Shown in pieces: positions 45,200-57,973 of a stretch of 64,000 nt of DNA. Under the pieces are notes generated by a model that was not told the DNA's origin, ran no database searches, and was given only the letters and a program-made list of their open reading frames with translations. The translations under genes and the position numbers were made by a program. The DNA lies in assembly GCA_002104905.1 (NCBI GenBank), contig MCFE01000032.1, positions 62,001 to 126,000 on the forward strand, given 5' to 3'. How positions within the stretch are numbered: position 1 is the stretch's first letter; each line of letters starts with the position of its first letter. The DNA comes from Basidiobolus meristosporus CBS 931.73. Taxonomy: Eukaryota; Fungi; Basidiobolomycota.

Positions 45200-45817
45200 A
45201 TGGTAGGGGAAATTTTTCAATTTCGATATGATGGATGCATCATTGGTTTCTTCGGATCGACACTTGCTAACTCGCACATTGCCTTCTAGTCTCTCGTTGT
45301 TCCCGACAAGAACCAGTTCCAACATATCCTCCGTCTTCTTAACACCAACATTGACGGTAGAACCAAGGTCGTCTTCGCCTTGACCTCCATCAAGGGTGTT
45401 GGTAGACGTTACTCTACCATGGTCTGCAAGAAGGCTGATATCGATCTTACCAAGAGAGCTGGTGAGCTCACTAATGAAGAGTTGGAACGTATTGTCACCA
45501 TCATCCAAAACCCTCTCCAATACAAGATCCCCAAGTGGTTCCTTAACAGACAAAAGGATATTGTCGATGGTAAATACACTCAAGTCTTGGCTAACGGTCT
45601 TGACAACAAGTTCCGTGAAGATTTGGAGCGTATGAAGAAGATCCGTGCTCATCGTGGTCTTCGTCACTACTGGGGTCTCCGTGTTCGTGGTCAACACACC
45701 AAGACTACCGGTAGAAGAGGAAGAACCGTTGGTGTCTCCAAGAAGAAGAGTAAGTGACCTTTTCATCATCGCCACATCTCCATGACCCGACTAACCATGG
45801 TTTCTTCTACAGACTAA
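45200..45817 (+). CDS. RPS18: 40S ribosomal protein S18 (uS13); introns 45203-45289 and probably 45750-45812
   Basis: ATG|intron|[20 protein letters not shown]..., [22 protein letters not shown]. Both introns have CTAAC branch points. Confidence 0.95.
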
Positions 45818-47149
45818 AGCAACTCTCAGCCTCTGGGTCTCTGAACTCTTCTGTTCGATAATTCTTGTAATTTAAACATTCGATTAGAATAAATTATTTT
45901 GCGGGACGCATGAAGCTTGTCACACTAGTTTGATGGGGCTTTGACCCTCGCTTGACTGATGAATCCTCACGATACCTGGGGAACTAAAGCTGTTATTGAT
46001 ACTCTGTAGACAAGAGTGGTCGATCCTATTTATCATACTGATTTACTAGGATTCATCAATGCAATCACTGTTACTATACACTTACGGTGACTGCTCCTGA
46101 ATGCTAGCTTATTTAAAAAACGAAGTCGACCCCTCAAAAACCGTCTAACCGTTTGCATATTTCCTGGTATTATAATTATCATGGAATGCATATCTCTATC
46201 CCAGAGCACTCATATGGACTTGGTGTTGATCTCAATAAAAGTCTAGTAGCATTTAAAACTCTGGTGGAATTTGGTAGTCTTTCGGGGAAGGTCATGGAAA
46301 GACGAGTAATATGCTTGGGGCCTTTTCTATCCTTTTTTGTTATCAAAAACCACCATGATTTAAAGCTATGCTAAACTTGACACTACTGATGGTATAGTTG
46401 CATTATAGCAAATATTTCTGCTAATAAACCAACCGTAACAACATCAGTGTTTAAAAGTCTGATGGCTTTAAAACTAGAAAATTTGTTCACAATTGATAAA
46501 GGTGTCCTAATTGATTCATTGAATGGGTAGTACTGAATTGTAAGCAAACAATGGCTTATATTATTGAAAGTAATGAGAAAAGGTGTTTGCTTTTGAGTAT
46601 TTTGATTGCTTCTGTAACTAATCAATGATATTAATAGAGAATAAAATGCATCTTAAATTGTATGTAAAGCTAGCTCTCTGCAGTAGCTTCACTAAGCTTA
46701 CAATATTTATACTTTATCATTACCTGCCAGAGAATGACTATAACATTTTATAGTAGTTTACATGTGATTATTAAGTGCTAGATTTTTGCACTTAAAATTA
46801 CTTCATGGGTTTTGACGGTGAACAACATGCATTACAGCTAGATATATATATACCATGCTTTATATCAGGCATCCTAGGACACTTATTGAGCTATCTGCTG
46901 GCATTAGACTCAAGAATTTATCAGCATGTATTCATGTTTATATATCTTCTTTGATTATCCTATTGAAAGAAGCTGTATAGCCAAGCTTACGGCTACCGTA
47001 TGGGCTCTGGGAGTCAAGGGATCTGATGTGCTACTATAAAGCTACTTAAGTTGATTACTGTCTGTGAGAGTATTGGAGTCACTTTACTTGATGGGAGGAC
47101 CATGCTAATCTGTGGTTTTCACTTAGGGATCTACTGAATGCAAAGTGCT

Positions 47150-48300
47150 ATTTACATTTTTGCAGGTTATCAGCAAAATAGGTGTGCGCTATATGTTTAG
47201 AAAGGTCCCAAGGCATGTAGGCAAGTTTTGGGGCTTTTGGACAGCTTTAAGAGTTCTCACGTTCAAGTAAATCCTAACAAATAATTTGATCAACACATGC
47301 TAAGGTTCATAAGCCGGGATCTAAGTGACTGAATTAGTAGAATATAGATGTTTGAATACAAATCTTCAAGAATATTCATATTTCAACACCAAGCTGATAC
47401 TAACGCCTCTGTTGATACTTGATGTTGTAAGAGTTTTGGTGATATTGGAAGCGATTAGGAGAACAAGTAGACTATGTGGCACTCGCTTGATGATTTTTTG
47501 AATGTAAAAGTAGTTTTTGTACTTTGACATGATCTTGGCAGAACAAACACGTGAAATATGCTTACAAAGCACCCAAGCGTTGCAAGAGTTTTGGAGATAT
47601 TGGAAGTGATTGGGAGAACAAGTAGATTATGTGGTTTTGACTTAATGATTTGTTGAAAGTAAAAGTAATATTATTACTTTTACATGGTCTTGGCACGTAG
47701 AATATGCTGAGGAAGGTCCCAACAACATGTGTGCAAAGTTTGGTGCTGTTTAGACAACTTAACAAAATTTCATGTTCTGGGTTCCTGATATTTTGGTGAA
47801 AATATTCCAATAAAATCCCGACAAGGAATTTGGTCAGAATTCTCTAAGATTTGTAGGGAATGATCTAAGTGACTAAGGTGAATATTTAGGTGCAATTACG
47901 AGTTTTTTACAACACCAAGAACATGTGTGCAACTTTTGCGGTTCTTTGGACAACTTATTAGTTTTTCGTGTTCTGGGTATCTTCTATTTTGGTACAATAT
48001 TCTAAGTAGATTCCAACAAGATATTTGAACAAAATACCCCAAGAACTATGAGACTATGATCTTGGTGACTAAGCCAATGCAATATTTAGGTGTTATTACA
48101 AAATCTACAATAAAAGTGATAGTAAGACTAGTGGAACTTACAGCTTTCAATTGATGATGTATTCAGCGTAGAGTGGTTTTCATATATTTATACGGCCTTG
48201 GAGCTATAAGCGAGTAGCAAATATTGGTACATATTTTGGGTTTTTTGGACAATTTCAACAACTATGGTGTAGGTACCTGATATCCTGGTAAATCCTGCGA
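47150..48300. repeat. Array of about five degenerate or partial copies of the 349-bp repeat
   Basis: Unit starts at 47423 and ~47578, an end TTTTACAACA at 47914, partial units on either side; matches 36847-37195. Confidence 0.7.
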
Positions 48301-50656
48301 CTAGGGTAATGGAAGTAATTGGGTGGATATGGAGCATATACAATACTTATCAGTCTAAATAACTCGTTGGAGAGTAGCAAAAAGCTGTATCATTGGCAGG
48401 AAATAAAGATACATTTGTCAAGTCGTAAATATGTGAGAATATTCCACTCTGCATTTTGAAAGGATACAAGCAATTTCCAACATTCATGTATTCACTCCCT
48501 CTGAATGTACTTACACATTAACGCAGCTAGACTGTAAGGACATCACACATTTAGCACAAGTATTTGAATTAAAAACACAAGTAGCAACAGTACTTGAAAC
48601 TCATCTATTGATTCAAGTAGATTGATCATATATAATGATAGCTTGTGTAATGAATACATAATTAAGATGTTGAGGAAAAAGATCGATAGCACAATCCGAT
48701 AAATTTTCATCTCGGTAATATTTAATAGACAAGATAACGCAGTTATATCACAACATACTATTTGAACGCACTATGCAGTGACTTATTATAAGCCTGTTTC
48801 ACTTACACATATGATTCATTAAAATTAGAAATACCATGCGTCGTGTTCAAAAGCCCATGCGCACTGCATAAAGAATAACGCCTCTTCTTGATGAATAGGT
48901 GATTCAATATTTCCAACAAAATATATGATGCAGGTTTGAAAGATCGAGGTTCCTTAGAGAATGTTGACGAGCGTTGCACGATATGTATACAACCAGAAGG
49001 GAGTTTCACCCGTATATGCTCATCAATATTTCGATGGGTATTCCTGGATTTGGCCGTTGGCTGTTCTCCTCGAGATTAAACAGGGAAAGAGAGTAAGAAC
49101 TAACTATATTCAATATAAACCTGATTGAGATATGATCTTAATGTGCTTGGCGGTGGTAATGAGATAATGGTGTGTTGGAAGAGATTTTCAACCACCAACT
49201 TACCATATATGCCTCGATTCTGGGAGCGGGCATTGGGCTCTTAACCACAAAAGTACATAAGCATCCAGTACACATACGCACTGATGCCTAAAACGCAATG
49301 AAACAGACCTCCATTTCTGTAGAAGCCCTAAATAATGCAACATGTCTACAAGCCACTGCGCCATGTCAATGCCTATTCCATTGTGCCAGCAGCTGATCGA
49401 TTTCCATCACCTCATGACACACTTCCAATGCTGCCAACAAGCACCATTACCTGCTTCCAAATAGACTAAAATACACGAATGGTCGACGTGGAGTGCACAA
49501 GGATCTAGAGTGATGTGCAAAACGGGGCCCTCGCCCATCAAAAAACAGTGTTACTAGGTAGTGAAGACGCGGAAAATAATCAAAATGCTAGCATGGTCAA
49601 TCGTGGAGAGGATCAATTTCAAGGCATTGATCCCCGTGAGAAGATTTTGAAAAGCAACAAACAAAAAAGGCGCAACCTCTTTAGGCGAGATTAATATGAA
49701 ACAGCCCCTTGATTGATGATCAATAACAATGTAGTGTGAACAAATCCAACGAATTGTCTCATCATGTATTTGGAAACCGCCTTCACACCATCCGATATCC
49801 CGACACTTATGGAAAGGTGGCAGCAGAAGGAACTAAAGCGTGTGTTGTCGGAATTCTCACGCCGTGGATCATGGATTCTTACATTGCACTGAATGTATCC
49901 AAAACAAACAATCATCTGTTTCACTTACCCGCACACTCCGTCTGCTCACCAGTGTAGTCAAACACCAATCCGCACCTTTCCAATTCATCCGTTCGCCCGC
50001 TCCCTGATTGAATCCAGTAATTCATTGCCTCTTTTATTGCCACTATTAAGCCAATCGCTCAGAACCAAAAACACCCGCGCTCAGCGATCAGATTAGGGAT
50101 AGGGTCATGCCGTCAGCTGACCTTTAGCCAATAGGAGAATCGATCGGTATTAACCTTTTAATTAAACCTGGGCACGACCACGGATAAGAGCAAGGTGATA
50201 GGCAGATTGATAACCAAGGATGTGCATGAGTTCCATTTGGTAGCATCCATGTGCAACTTTCCTACGCCAGTTACCTGGGCACATCTATGCCTTGGAGTTA
50301 GTGACACTCATTTGCATTCATGAAAACTGGTGCGCAGAGCCGCTTCCATATGGTGTGTTCGTGCGCGTAGCTAGACTCTATGTGTCGCGATATCGATCCG
50401 TTTGGTAAGATAGACGCTTTATTTTGGCCTAGTACGATACGATATATACATTTCTGGATGTTTGTTTGCATATGGGTGATATAAAAATAAATTTGCCAAA
50501 AATCAACCAATCGGCCCAGACCAGATCGATGCGGCAGTGATGAATGTGATGGAAATAAAAACCAACGTGTATTAATAAACTGTTGTGGAATGCTTGGTGC
50601 TGTGTGAATGCGGCGTACAGCTATGATGGTCTCTGAAACAAACGTGAACCGGTACT

Positions 50657-51602
50657 TCAGAAGATGTTCTTGGGGGCTGGTTGTCCGCACATGAGGAACT
50701 CGAAGAACACTCCTCCGACAACTGCACCAAGAATGGGGCCAACGATGGGAATCCAGAAGTAGTAGTTGGCAGTGGTGAAGACTGCGGTGCCGTAGCCAGC
50801 GGCCCAGGTGAAAAGACGTGGGCCAAAGTCACGAGCAGGGTTGATTGCATAACCGGTTAGGAAACCGGTACAGATACCAATGGCGACAACCAATAGACCA
50901 ACAAAGATAGGATTGGCTGGTGCATGGATTGCGTTACGCTTATCACCACAGCCAAGGAGGGCAATCATCAAGAGAGCAGTGGCAAGGAATTCTGACCAGA
51001 AAGCGGTGCCAGAGTTGAGGAATGGTTGGGGATAAGTGGCATAGAAACCGGCAGTTGCCTGGGGGCCAGTCACTTGACGGACACCACCATCGAAGATATC
51101 GATATCCTGATACCAGAGAGAATGGACGAGAGCAGCTCCGCAGAATGCTCCCAGAACCTGGGAAAAGATAAATCCGGGAACTTTTTTCCAAGGGAATCCT
51201 CTCAGTAAAGCCAAAGCGATGGTCACAGCGGGATTCAGATGCGCACCCTGAGGGACGAGATATCAGTAAATAGCGTGTACAGGGTCGTGTTCATTAATCA
51301 ACCAAACTTACCGAAATCCCAGCATTGGAGTAAATGGCGACAGTCAAACCAAGTCCCCAACCCAAATTGATACTCAAGTAGTTGCCGGAAGTACCCTCCT
51401 TGTTAAGGAAAACTTGGTGAACAACCGAGTTACCGAAGATTAAGAGCACCATGGTGCTTAGGAATTCGGCGAAATATTCGCGATATTCGTAGCGAAAGTT
51501 CGCGGCGACGCTGTTGATTGCCTTTTGCAATGGTGTGAGTGTGGTTTCTTCTTGAGAGTAAGAATCTCCCAAGTCGAGATTAGTAGGATCTTCAACGCCC
51601 AT
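50657..51602 (-). CDS. Aquaglyceroporin (MIP family); intron 51248-51311
   Basis: AEFLST, GISGAHLNPAVT, GYAINPARDFGPR (NPA followed by RD, the GlpF-type signature). Confidence 0.93.
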
Positions 51603-52591
51603 GATTGATTATTAGAGTGAACAGAAAAAAGTATAGCGAGTAAGGAAGCGCGCATGAGCTATTTATATTGGGGGAGAATACGGATTTGGAGGAAAGGGTA
51701 GCCATCAAGCTACATCAGGTTTAGCCATAGCAAATGATCAAGTCCAATCACAGCCAGTTGTACTTCGTGTGAGGAATTCTCTCAATCAACTCTACGCCAG
51801 TCTGATGGAAAGGTCATTAAGACCTGGACACATATTTAGTGGGAATTACTTACTAAAATAGAAAGGTTATTCCCATTTTAGCAAATTTGCGCCGTGATAG
51901 TTATTTGAATGATCTCAGTATTTTTCCAGCGAAATTGATGTTGGACGGAAAATGATTTTCACGCAGAATCTTCCCAACCCAGTAATGAAGAGAGTTTGTG
52001 TCGCAACACAGGCAATGCTACACAAACCTGAACCATAGGTGGAGTTACTGACATTCCCACACCGTTTCGCTTTCACGTGGGTGGCTGGTCATTGGTTTCT
52101 CAATTCATCAGATTTTAGTAAGAGCCTTGGCAGGAGGATGCATGGATCAATACAAATATGATGATCATCTTCCCCACAAACCACTTCCGTATATGTATAT
52201 GGTCAGTAAGCTTAATCATTTGACCAAACCCAACCACTCATGTGATTTCAACCAATGAAGTCCTCCTCTTCTCTATATTGAGGTTTTAGCTCAGATCTTG
52301 ATTGAGTTATATTCAATCGTTGTCTATGCGAAACAGACGAGATCCTATTAATTGCAAAACCAGTGAGAAAAAACTGATTCCATAGCATCATCTACATCCT
52401 AACGAATCTTTCAATCCAAGTTTGCGACAGTCCTAATCTAAGACTCCAGCGCTGTGTCCAGAGCAAACAAATAAGTCCATCATTTGTGGGGAAACAACCG
52501 GTATTCGAGACACTGTTTACTCGTGAAGTACGATGCAATTGATTTATGAAGTATGTTGTTGAGGAATATCGAGATTAGTTAGGAAAGAGTT

Positions 52592-53073
52592 TCAGAGATT
52601 AACTGGCTTTTGGAGAATTATTGGGATTTTGCTCTCTCTTACTACCCATTGAATCCTCCAATTGGGCATGCTATGGTATGAGGCATTGCCGTAGACTCGT
52701 AAATAGCTTAGGCCTAGATCCAGATCAGCAGGCAGACTCCAGGTTATGTTTCGCTCCCACAATCCTTCTCCTGCAGGGCGCTGAGAAGTGTCAATGTTGC
52801 TCTGGATTACCTCTCCGGTTGAATCTTGTAATTCTACTGCTACGCTTCGAAGTAAGCTGATATCTTGGTATACAACCCTGTAGCTCAATGGAACTTTAGA
52901 GCCTAATTCCAAGGTGCTGTTAGGCTGTGGTGACTGTATTATGATGACATCTACAGGAAATTGTCAGTTATGTTCTTGTGTGCATATAAAGAAAACATAC
53001 CAGCTGCCAGATGCTGAAGTGTCAGTAAAATTAGAAATGCACCTAGGATTTTGAAAGGCATAGGGCTGCTCAT
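52592..53073 (-). CDS. Small secreted beta-rich protein; intron 52951-53000
   Basis: Signal peptide MSSPMPFKILGAFLILLTLQHLAA spliced (GTATG..CTGTAG) in frame to DVIIIQSPQPNSTLELG. Confidence 0.6.
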
Positions 53074-53728
53074 TAGGTGAAGGGAATGATGAGATAAATT
53101 GGAATAGGACTACTGTGCTACTATTTCAATATTCCAGGTTTTATATGGATTTTAGCATGTAATGATGTTTCTATTTGACTTCCAATCAGTCACTACTCGG
53201 GTGTTGCTCAAAGTCAGATATAGTCAGCTCTTTACTTTCGAGTCCATTGACATTCGTGTTTAAGATGGGTGATTAGATCTTCAATCTTCAGCAATAGTTT
53301 ACCTCCCGTAGAGTAATGTCCAATAAATACGAGTAGGTCCTACTTTGAATCCAAAATAAATTAGCTCATTATATGAGAAGGAATTGGTATTCGTAGATCG
53401 CAGCATGTCCAAATTCTCCGATGGCAAGTGTCAATGCAAAATTAATTTGCGTATTCTATTATTTTATTATAATGACTAGCGCCGAGACAATGTATGTATT
53501 GGATTATCTTTATATGCACCAGTACCGTGATTTAATGGTCAACTGTTCCTAGCTGTATATCTAAAGGATGGGTCCATTTCCACTTTTCTTCTTGCTAGAT
53601 CCTGGTCTTATCTTCTATATTCAGAAGCTTTTAGCAGCCGCTTACTTGACGCAACCTTGGTGAAAACAGCAAACCCATTTCATTTCCTAGGGCTGGGACC
53701 GAATGATATGTTGCTTTATTCTGATGAG

Positions 53729-54560
53729 ATGCTACGTAGTATTCAATCCAAATTTGTTCACGTTACGACTATACTTTTGATCCTATCGTTACCTCGCATT
53801 ATGGCAAAGAGCACTTCCTCTATGGGATGCTATGGCGATTCTGGACATTCGCCCATCCTAAGCGGAATACAAAGCCAGAATCTGAATCAGCCCTCTTTCG
53901 ACTCCTCACATGCGTACTTCTCTTGCCAGCAGTTTTGCGGGAAATATCAGTTCTCATACTTTGGGATCAACGAAGGAAAGACATGCACCTGTGGGAATAA
54001 CCTACCAAGCAAGGTGGCCAAGTCCAGCGAGGTCAACTGCGAGCTACCATGTCAAGACAACGGAAAAGAAAATTGTGGCGGGTACGGATATACGAGCATT
54101 TTCGTGGTCAATCCAGAACAGATAGGAAGCACGGAAATATCATCCAATGCTTCAGTGCCAGGTAAGTTGATTCTAGCAATATTCATTGGACCCATAGACC
54201 AACCATTTCCAACTAGATCTAGGTGGACAAAATCCAACCTCAGCCATAACCTCTCCTCCCAAGACACCCCCGTTGAATGGTTCCAATAGTGTGACAGTCA
54301 CCACTATACCCACAGCATTCATTGACAATACTGGATTGATGGCAGCAGTGTTCACCTTGGCAGGGGTGGTCCTAATAGGCTGTGGGGTCCTAGGATGTGT
54401 TTTGTATCAAAGGAAAAGAAGAATCACCAGCTACGACCTCACATCTGACGAAAGTCTACAAACAACTTATCTATGGCAGAGAAGATCTAGCCTTAGCTTG
54501 AGAGATGACATGGACTATACCAAAAAGCTGAGAATCACCAACCCTGATGTTGGACATTAG
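53729..54560 (+). CDS. Wsc1-like cell-wall stress sensor; intron from 54162 to 54216 or 54222
   Basis: Signal peptide, 8-Cys WSC domain (GCY..CQQFC..CTCG..CELPC..ENCGG), S/T stalk, single TM, C-terminal LRDDMDYTKKLRITNPD. Confidence 0.88.
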
Positions 54561-54675
54561 GCAGGATATCCAACTAATTTTATGTCCCCAATGTTTATTT
54601 GTTTCAGTATTCATTAACTTCTTAGATAAATCGTTTATTATTGTCATCTAAACTACATAACTGTCTCCAGTGTAC

Positions 54676-55632
54676 TCACGACTTTGACAATTGCCATTTG
54701 CGAAGCCCAAGGGCCACGGTCGAGCCAATGATCAAGGTGGCTCCGGAAATCGTAAAAACGTTGGGGGTTTCGTGGAATATTAAAATGCCAAACAGAAATG
54801 CAAAAATCACGTCAATGTTTCGCATTAGGGTCCCAGGGCCTACTGGGCACAGCTGCAGCCCTTTGGTCAGCATAGCTTGTCCGGCAAAAGCAGTCAAACC
54901 AACCATCACAAGATAGGTCCATTGAGTCAAGTCAGTAGGCAACACTGGGCTCTCAAAAAGGAAGGTGCAGAAGAAGGATAGCACTGTACTAATACCACCA
55001 AAGTAAACCACATGCACTAATGGTGGGACTCCTCTACCCATCTTCCGAACAGTTATGTAGGCAACGGCAGATAGAGAGGCCCCCGATAGTGCTGCAATTA
55101 CGCCCACCAGCCGCTTTTGGGAGTCAACCTCATGGGAGGCATCTCTCCCGAAGATGAATTCCGGCTTGGCTACCAAGCCGACACCAAGTAGGGAAGCCAC
55201 CGAAGCCACTTGATTGAAGGGACCAAAGGGTTCTTGGAGTACCAGCCGAGCCAAGATCGCGGTGAATATTGGGTTTACGAAGAACAAAACAGTGGCATCG
55301 GCCAGAGGTAGCGCGGTAATCGAGATGTAAAACATAGCTAAGCCCACTGCCCCAGCAAAGCCGCGGAGTAATAAGCCGAGAAGTAATTCCCGACGACCAA
55401 AAGGGTTCACCCCCTGAGAAATACAACCAGCGAATGCTAACAAGAATTGTACAATGGAGCGAAAAAAGACGATTTCTAAAGGTGGAAAGTTTGCGCCACT
55501 CAACTTGACGAACAGACCACTGAAGCTAAATCCTAAAGAAGTGAGGGCCATCCAGACCAATCCTACCAGCTCCTGCCGACGGGAATCTAGACTAGACGTT
55601 GGAAGCAGCGGGGAACTCTCACTGGCAGACAT
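54676..55632 (-). CDS. EamA/DMT-family transporter (SLC35G-like)
   Basis: Ten hydrophobic helices, EIVFFRS, LPLADATVLFFVNPIFT, duplicated EamA repeat. Confidence 0.88.
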   Translation of the reverse strand: MSASESSPLLPTSSLDSRRQELVGLVWMALTSLGFSFSGLFVKLSGANFPPLEIVFFRSIVQFLLAFAGCISQGVNPFGRRELLLGLLLRGFAGAVGLAMFYISITALPLADATVLFFVNPIFTAILARLVLQEPFGPFNQVASVASLLGVGLVAKPEFIFGRDASHEVDSQKRLVGVIAALSGASLSAVAYITVRKMGRGVPPLVHVVYFGGISTVLSFFCTFLFESPVLPTDLTQWTYLVMVGLTAFAGQAMLTKGLQLCPVGPGTLMRNIDVIFAFLFGILIFHETPNVFTISGATLIIGSTVALGLRKWQLSKS

Positions 55633-55971
55633 TTTTGATTGGAATAATCAGGGAAAGCTACGTCCTTTAACATGCTCTCAGGCTGACCATTCCTTGAAGC
55701 ATATTCGTCAATTGCGAGTAATTGAGAGCATGTTCCCAGCAAAGATGATCACAATAGATCAATCAACTAAATGCCATTGTACAGCGCATAGATCACGTTC
55801 TCAAAAAACCGGAAATTTGCTAGTTTCCCAGCAACATGATGCATTAAAGTGAGGTGCTATGACTGATAATTGGCAATAAGTGAAATGGATGAGTAATGAT
55901 TCTGATTGTTCCGCTTCCTAAAGCTGCAGTGCTTCGAGATTGGTAGTTTATTGATTCGTTGGTGTAGGAAG

Positions 55972-57226
55972 TCAGTTGCCGCCCAAGAATGTTCTCATAT
56001 CGAACTGGCTCTCGCCATCCTTTTTGGTGACAACTCCCTTCTCGGTGGCAATGGCGGTAATCAAGCTAGCTGGGGTGACGTCAAATGAGGGATTCCAGAT
56101 ATTGATGCCTTTAGCTGCTACTTGGACGGTCTTGGCAACCAACTGTGGCTCGTCAGGCAAGATACCGCGCACTAAACTAACTTCTTGAGGGGGGCGTTGT
56201 TCGATTGGAATCTCATCGCCGCTGGCAATGCTCAGGTCAACCGAGGTGGACGGTGCAGCCACAATAAACAAGGCGCCATGATGTTTGGCGGTGATAGCTA
56301 GTTGATAGGTGCCAATCTTATTGGCGGTGTCACCATTGGCTGCAACGCGGTCAGCACCAACTATGATGGCCGCGACCTTCTCCTGTCTCAGTAGGGCAGA
56401 GGCCATGGAATCACAGACAAGAGTAGCTGGGATATTGTCGTAAACAAGTTCATATGCGGTCAATCTTGATCCTTGGTTGTAAGGCCGGGTCTCAGTACAG
56501 TATGCGTGCTCAAGGCGCCCAGTCGCATGAAGTGAACGAATGATTCCTAGAGCAGTTCCATAGCCAGCGGTCGCGAGTGAGCTGTCCATGTAGTATCTAA
56601 GCATTAATACGTCTCAACGAGCGAAGGATTGTGTACAAGTACGGTACCCAGTGTTACAGTGAGTCAGCACCTTCAGAGGAGTAGATGGAGAAGCATGATT
56701 CAAAATATACTCGGCCCCATATTTTCCAATGTTCTTGTTATCCTGAACATCATCAGTAAGCATTTGCTCAGCTGCATCGACATAGGCATTAATGACGTCT
56801 TTAGGAGAGACGGTCTGGGCAGCAGCGGCCTGTGTGGTTTTCCAAAGTTTTTGGGCTGCATCGAAAAGGTTGACAGCAGTTGGGCGAGAAGTCTTCAGAT
56901 ACTGCAGAGATTCTTCAATGAATGCCAAGGTAGCAGCGGTATCAGCCAAGGTTTCACCTTTGTGGAATAACTCGATGCAAAGGGATAGGGCGGCTACAAT
57001 AGCGATAGCAGGTGCACCACGAACCTTTCCAACGAATAAGGGAGTTAAACTACGAAAGGGGCAAGCTAACGTGACGAACAAGTACCTGCATGGTTTTGAT
57101 GGCGGAGTGACCATCCTTGATTCCGTTGATCGGGATGTAAACCGTTTCGTGAGGAAGTAGAAGTTGATCCAAAATGAGAAGTTCTCCTCGCTTATAGCGA
57201 ATCGCTTCAAGAGTAGGGGTAACCAT
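55972..57226 (-). CDS. MRI1: Methylthioribose-1-phosphate isomerase (2 introns)
   Basis: [81 protein letters not shown]. Confidence 0.95.
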
Positions 57227-57461
57227 TTTAAACTGAGCGGATAGCAAAGCTTACAGTTGGAACCGATGTTTATACGGATTTTTTTATTTTGCACGTAAAT
57301 CTCGAAAAGCAGATCAAAATCCCAAAATCATCCCATCTCGACAGCATCGCCACTTACCTGCGATCTGTGACTTGCATTGTAAAAATTCTACACTTGAGTA
57401 TCTATTAATCTGGCCAAGTAGCTTACTTACGCAACCAACTCTCTCCACCTTATTTCTCAGT

Positions 57462-57845
57462 ATGGACAACACCTTAGAAGAAGTAGTCAAGTACTGCGGC
57501 CTGCAGCTGGAAATGTACCAACGTTGCGTTGAGAGCAACCCCACCAACTGGGAATCGGCCTGCTTCAAACAAAAGCAAGCACTGACAAAATGCTCGGAAG
57601 AGAAGTGAGTTTCAATTTTGGGAACATTATTCGACACTAGCTTACATAATTTCTTGATAGCGTCGAAGCCTTGAGAGTGGTCAAGCAAAAATGCACTCCC
57701 ATCATCACCTCTTATGAAGCCTTGCTTGAAAGATAACCAGCAGGAGCCCGAGAAATGCCTTGAATCCCTCAAGCAGTTGTATGAATGCACTCAAGAAGCA
57801 CACGATGCTTACCTCAAATCCAAGGAAACCCCAAGCACAAACTAA
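57462..57845 (+). CDS. Double twin-CX9C (CHCH, Mix14/CHCHD5-like) protein; intron 57605-57660; one extra T near 57722
   Basis: C-GLQLEMYQR-C, C-FKQKQALTK-C, C-TPIITSYEA-C and C-LESLKQLYE-C; the last two require removal of one base. Confidence 0.72.
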
Positions 57846-57973
57846 ACGAGTAGCATTTGTAAGAAACCCTGCACACGATTATAAAGAGATAGCATGAGTC
57901 GGTTTATTATTATATGAAGTAAAGTCTAACCTGGCAGCTGGAGAAAAGCTTTTAAAAAGATTACTCTATTGAA

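Noticed and set aside
45188-45775. 195-aa antisense ORF
   Set aside because: Shadow of the codon-biased RPS18 gene on the opposite strand.
46150-47150. Decayed TE coding sequence in a CpG-poor island
   Set aside because: The composition suggests a relic, but I could not recognise any protein motif in the frames.
48800-50690. Short ORFs between the repeat array and the aquaporin gene
   Set aside because: No domains, splice structure or coding-like bias; treated as intergenic.
54211-54222. Alternative in-frame acceptors in the WSC gene
   Set aside because: Both AGs keep the frame and differ by two residues in a low-complexity stalk; this cannot be resolved and is unlikely to matter.
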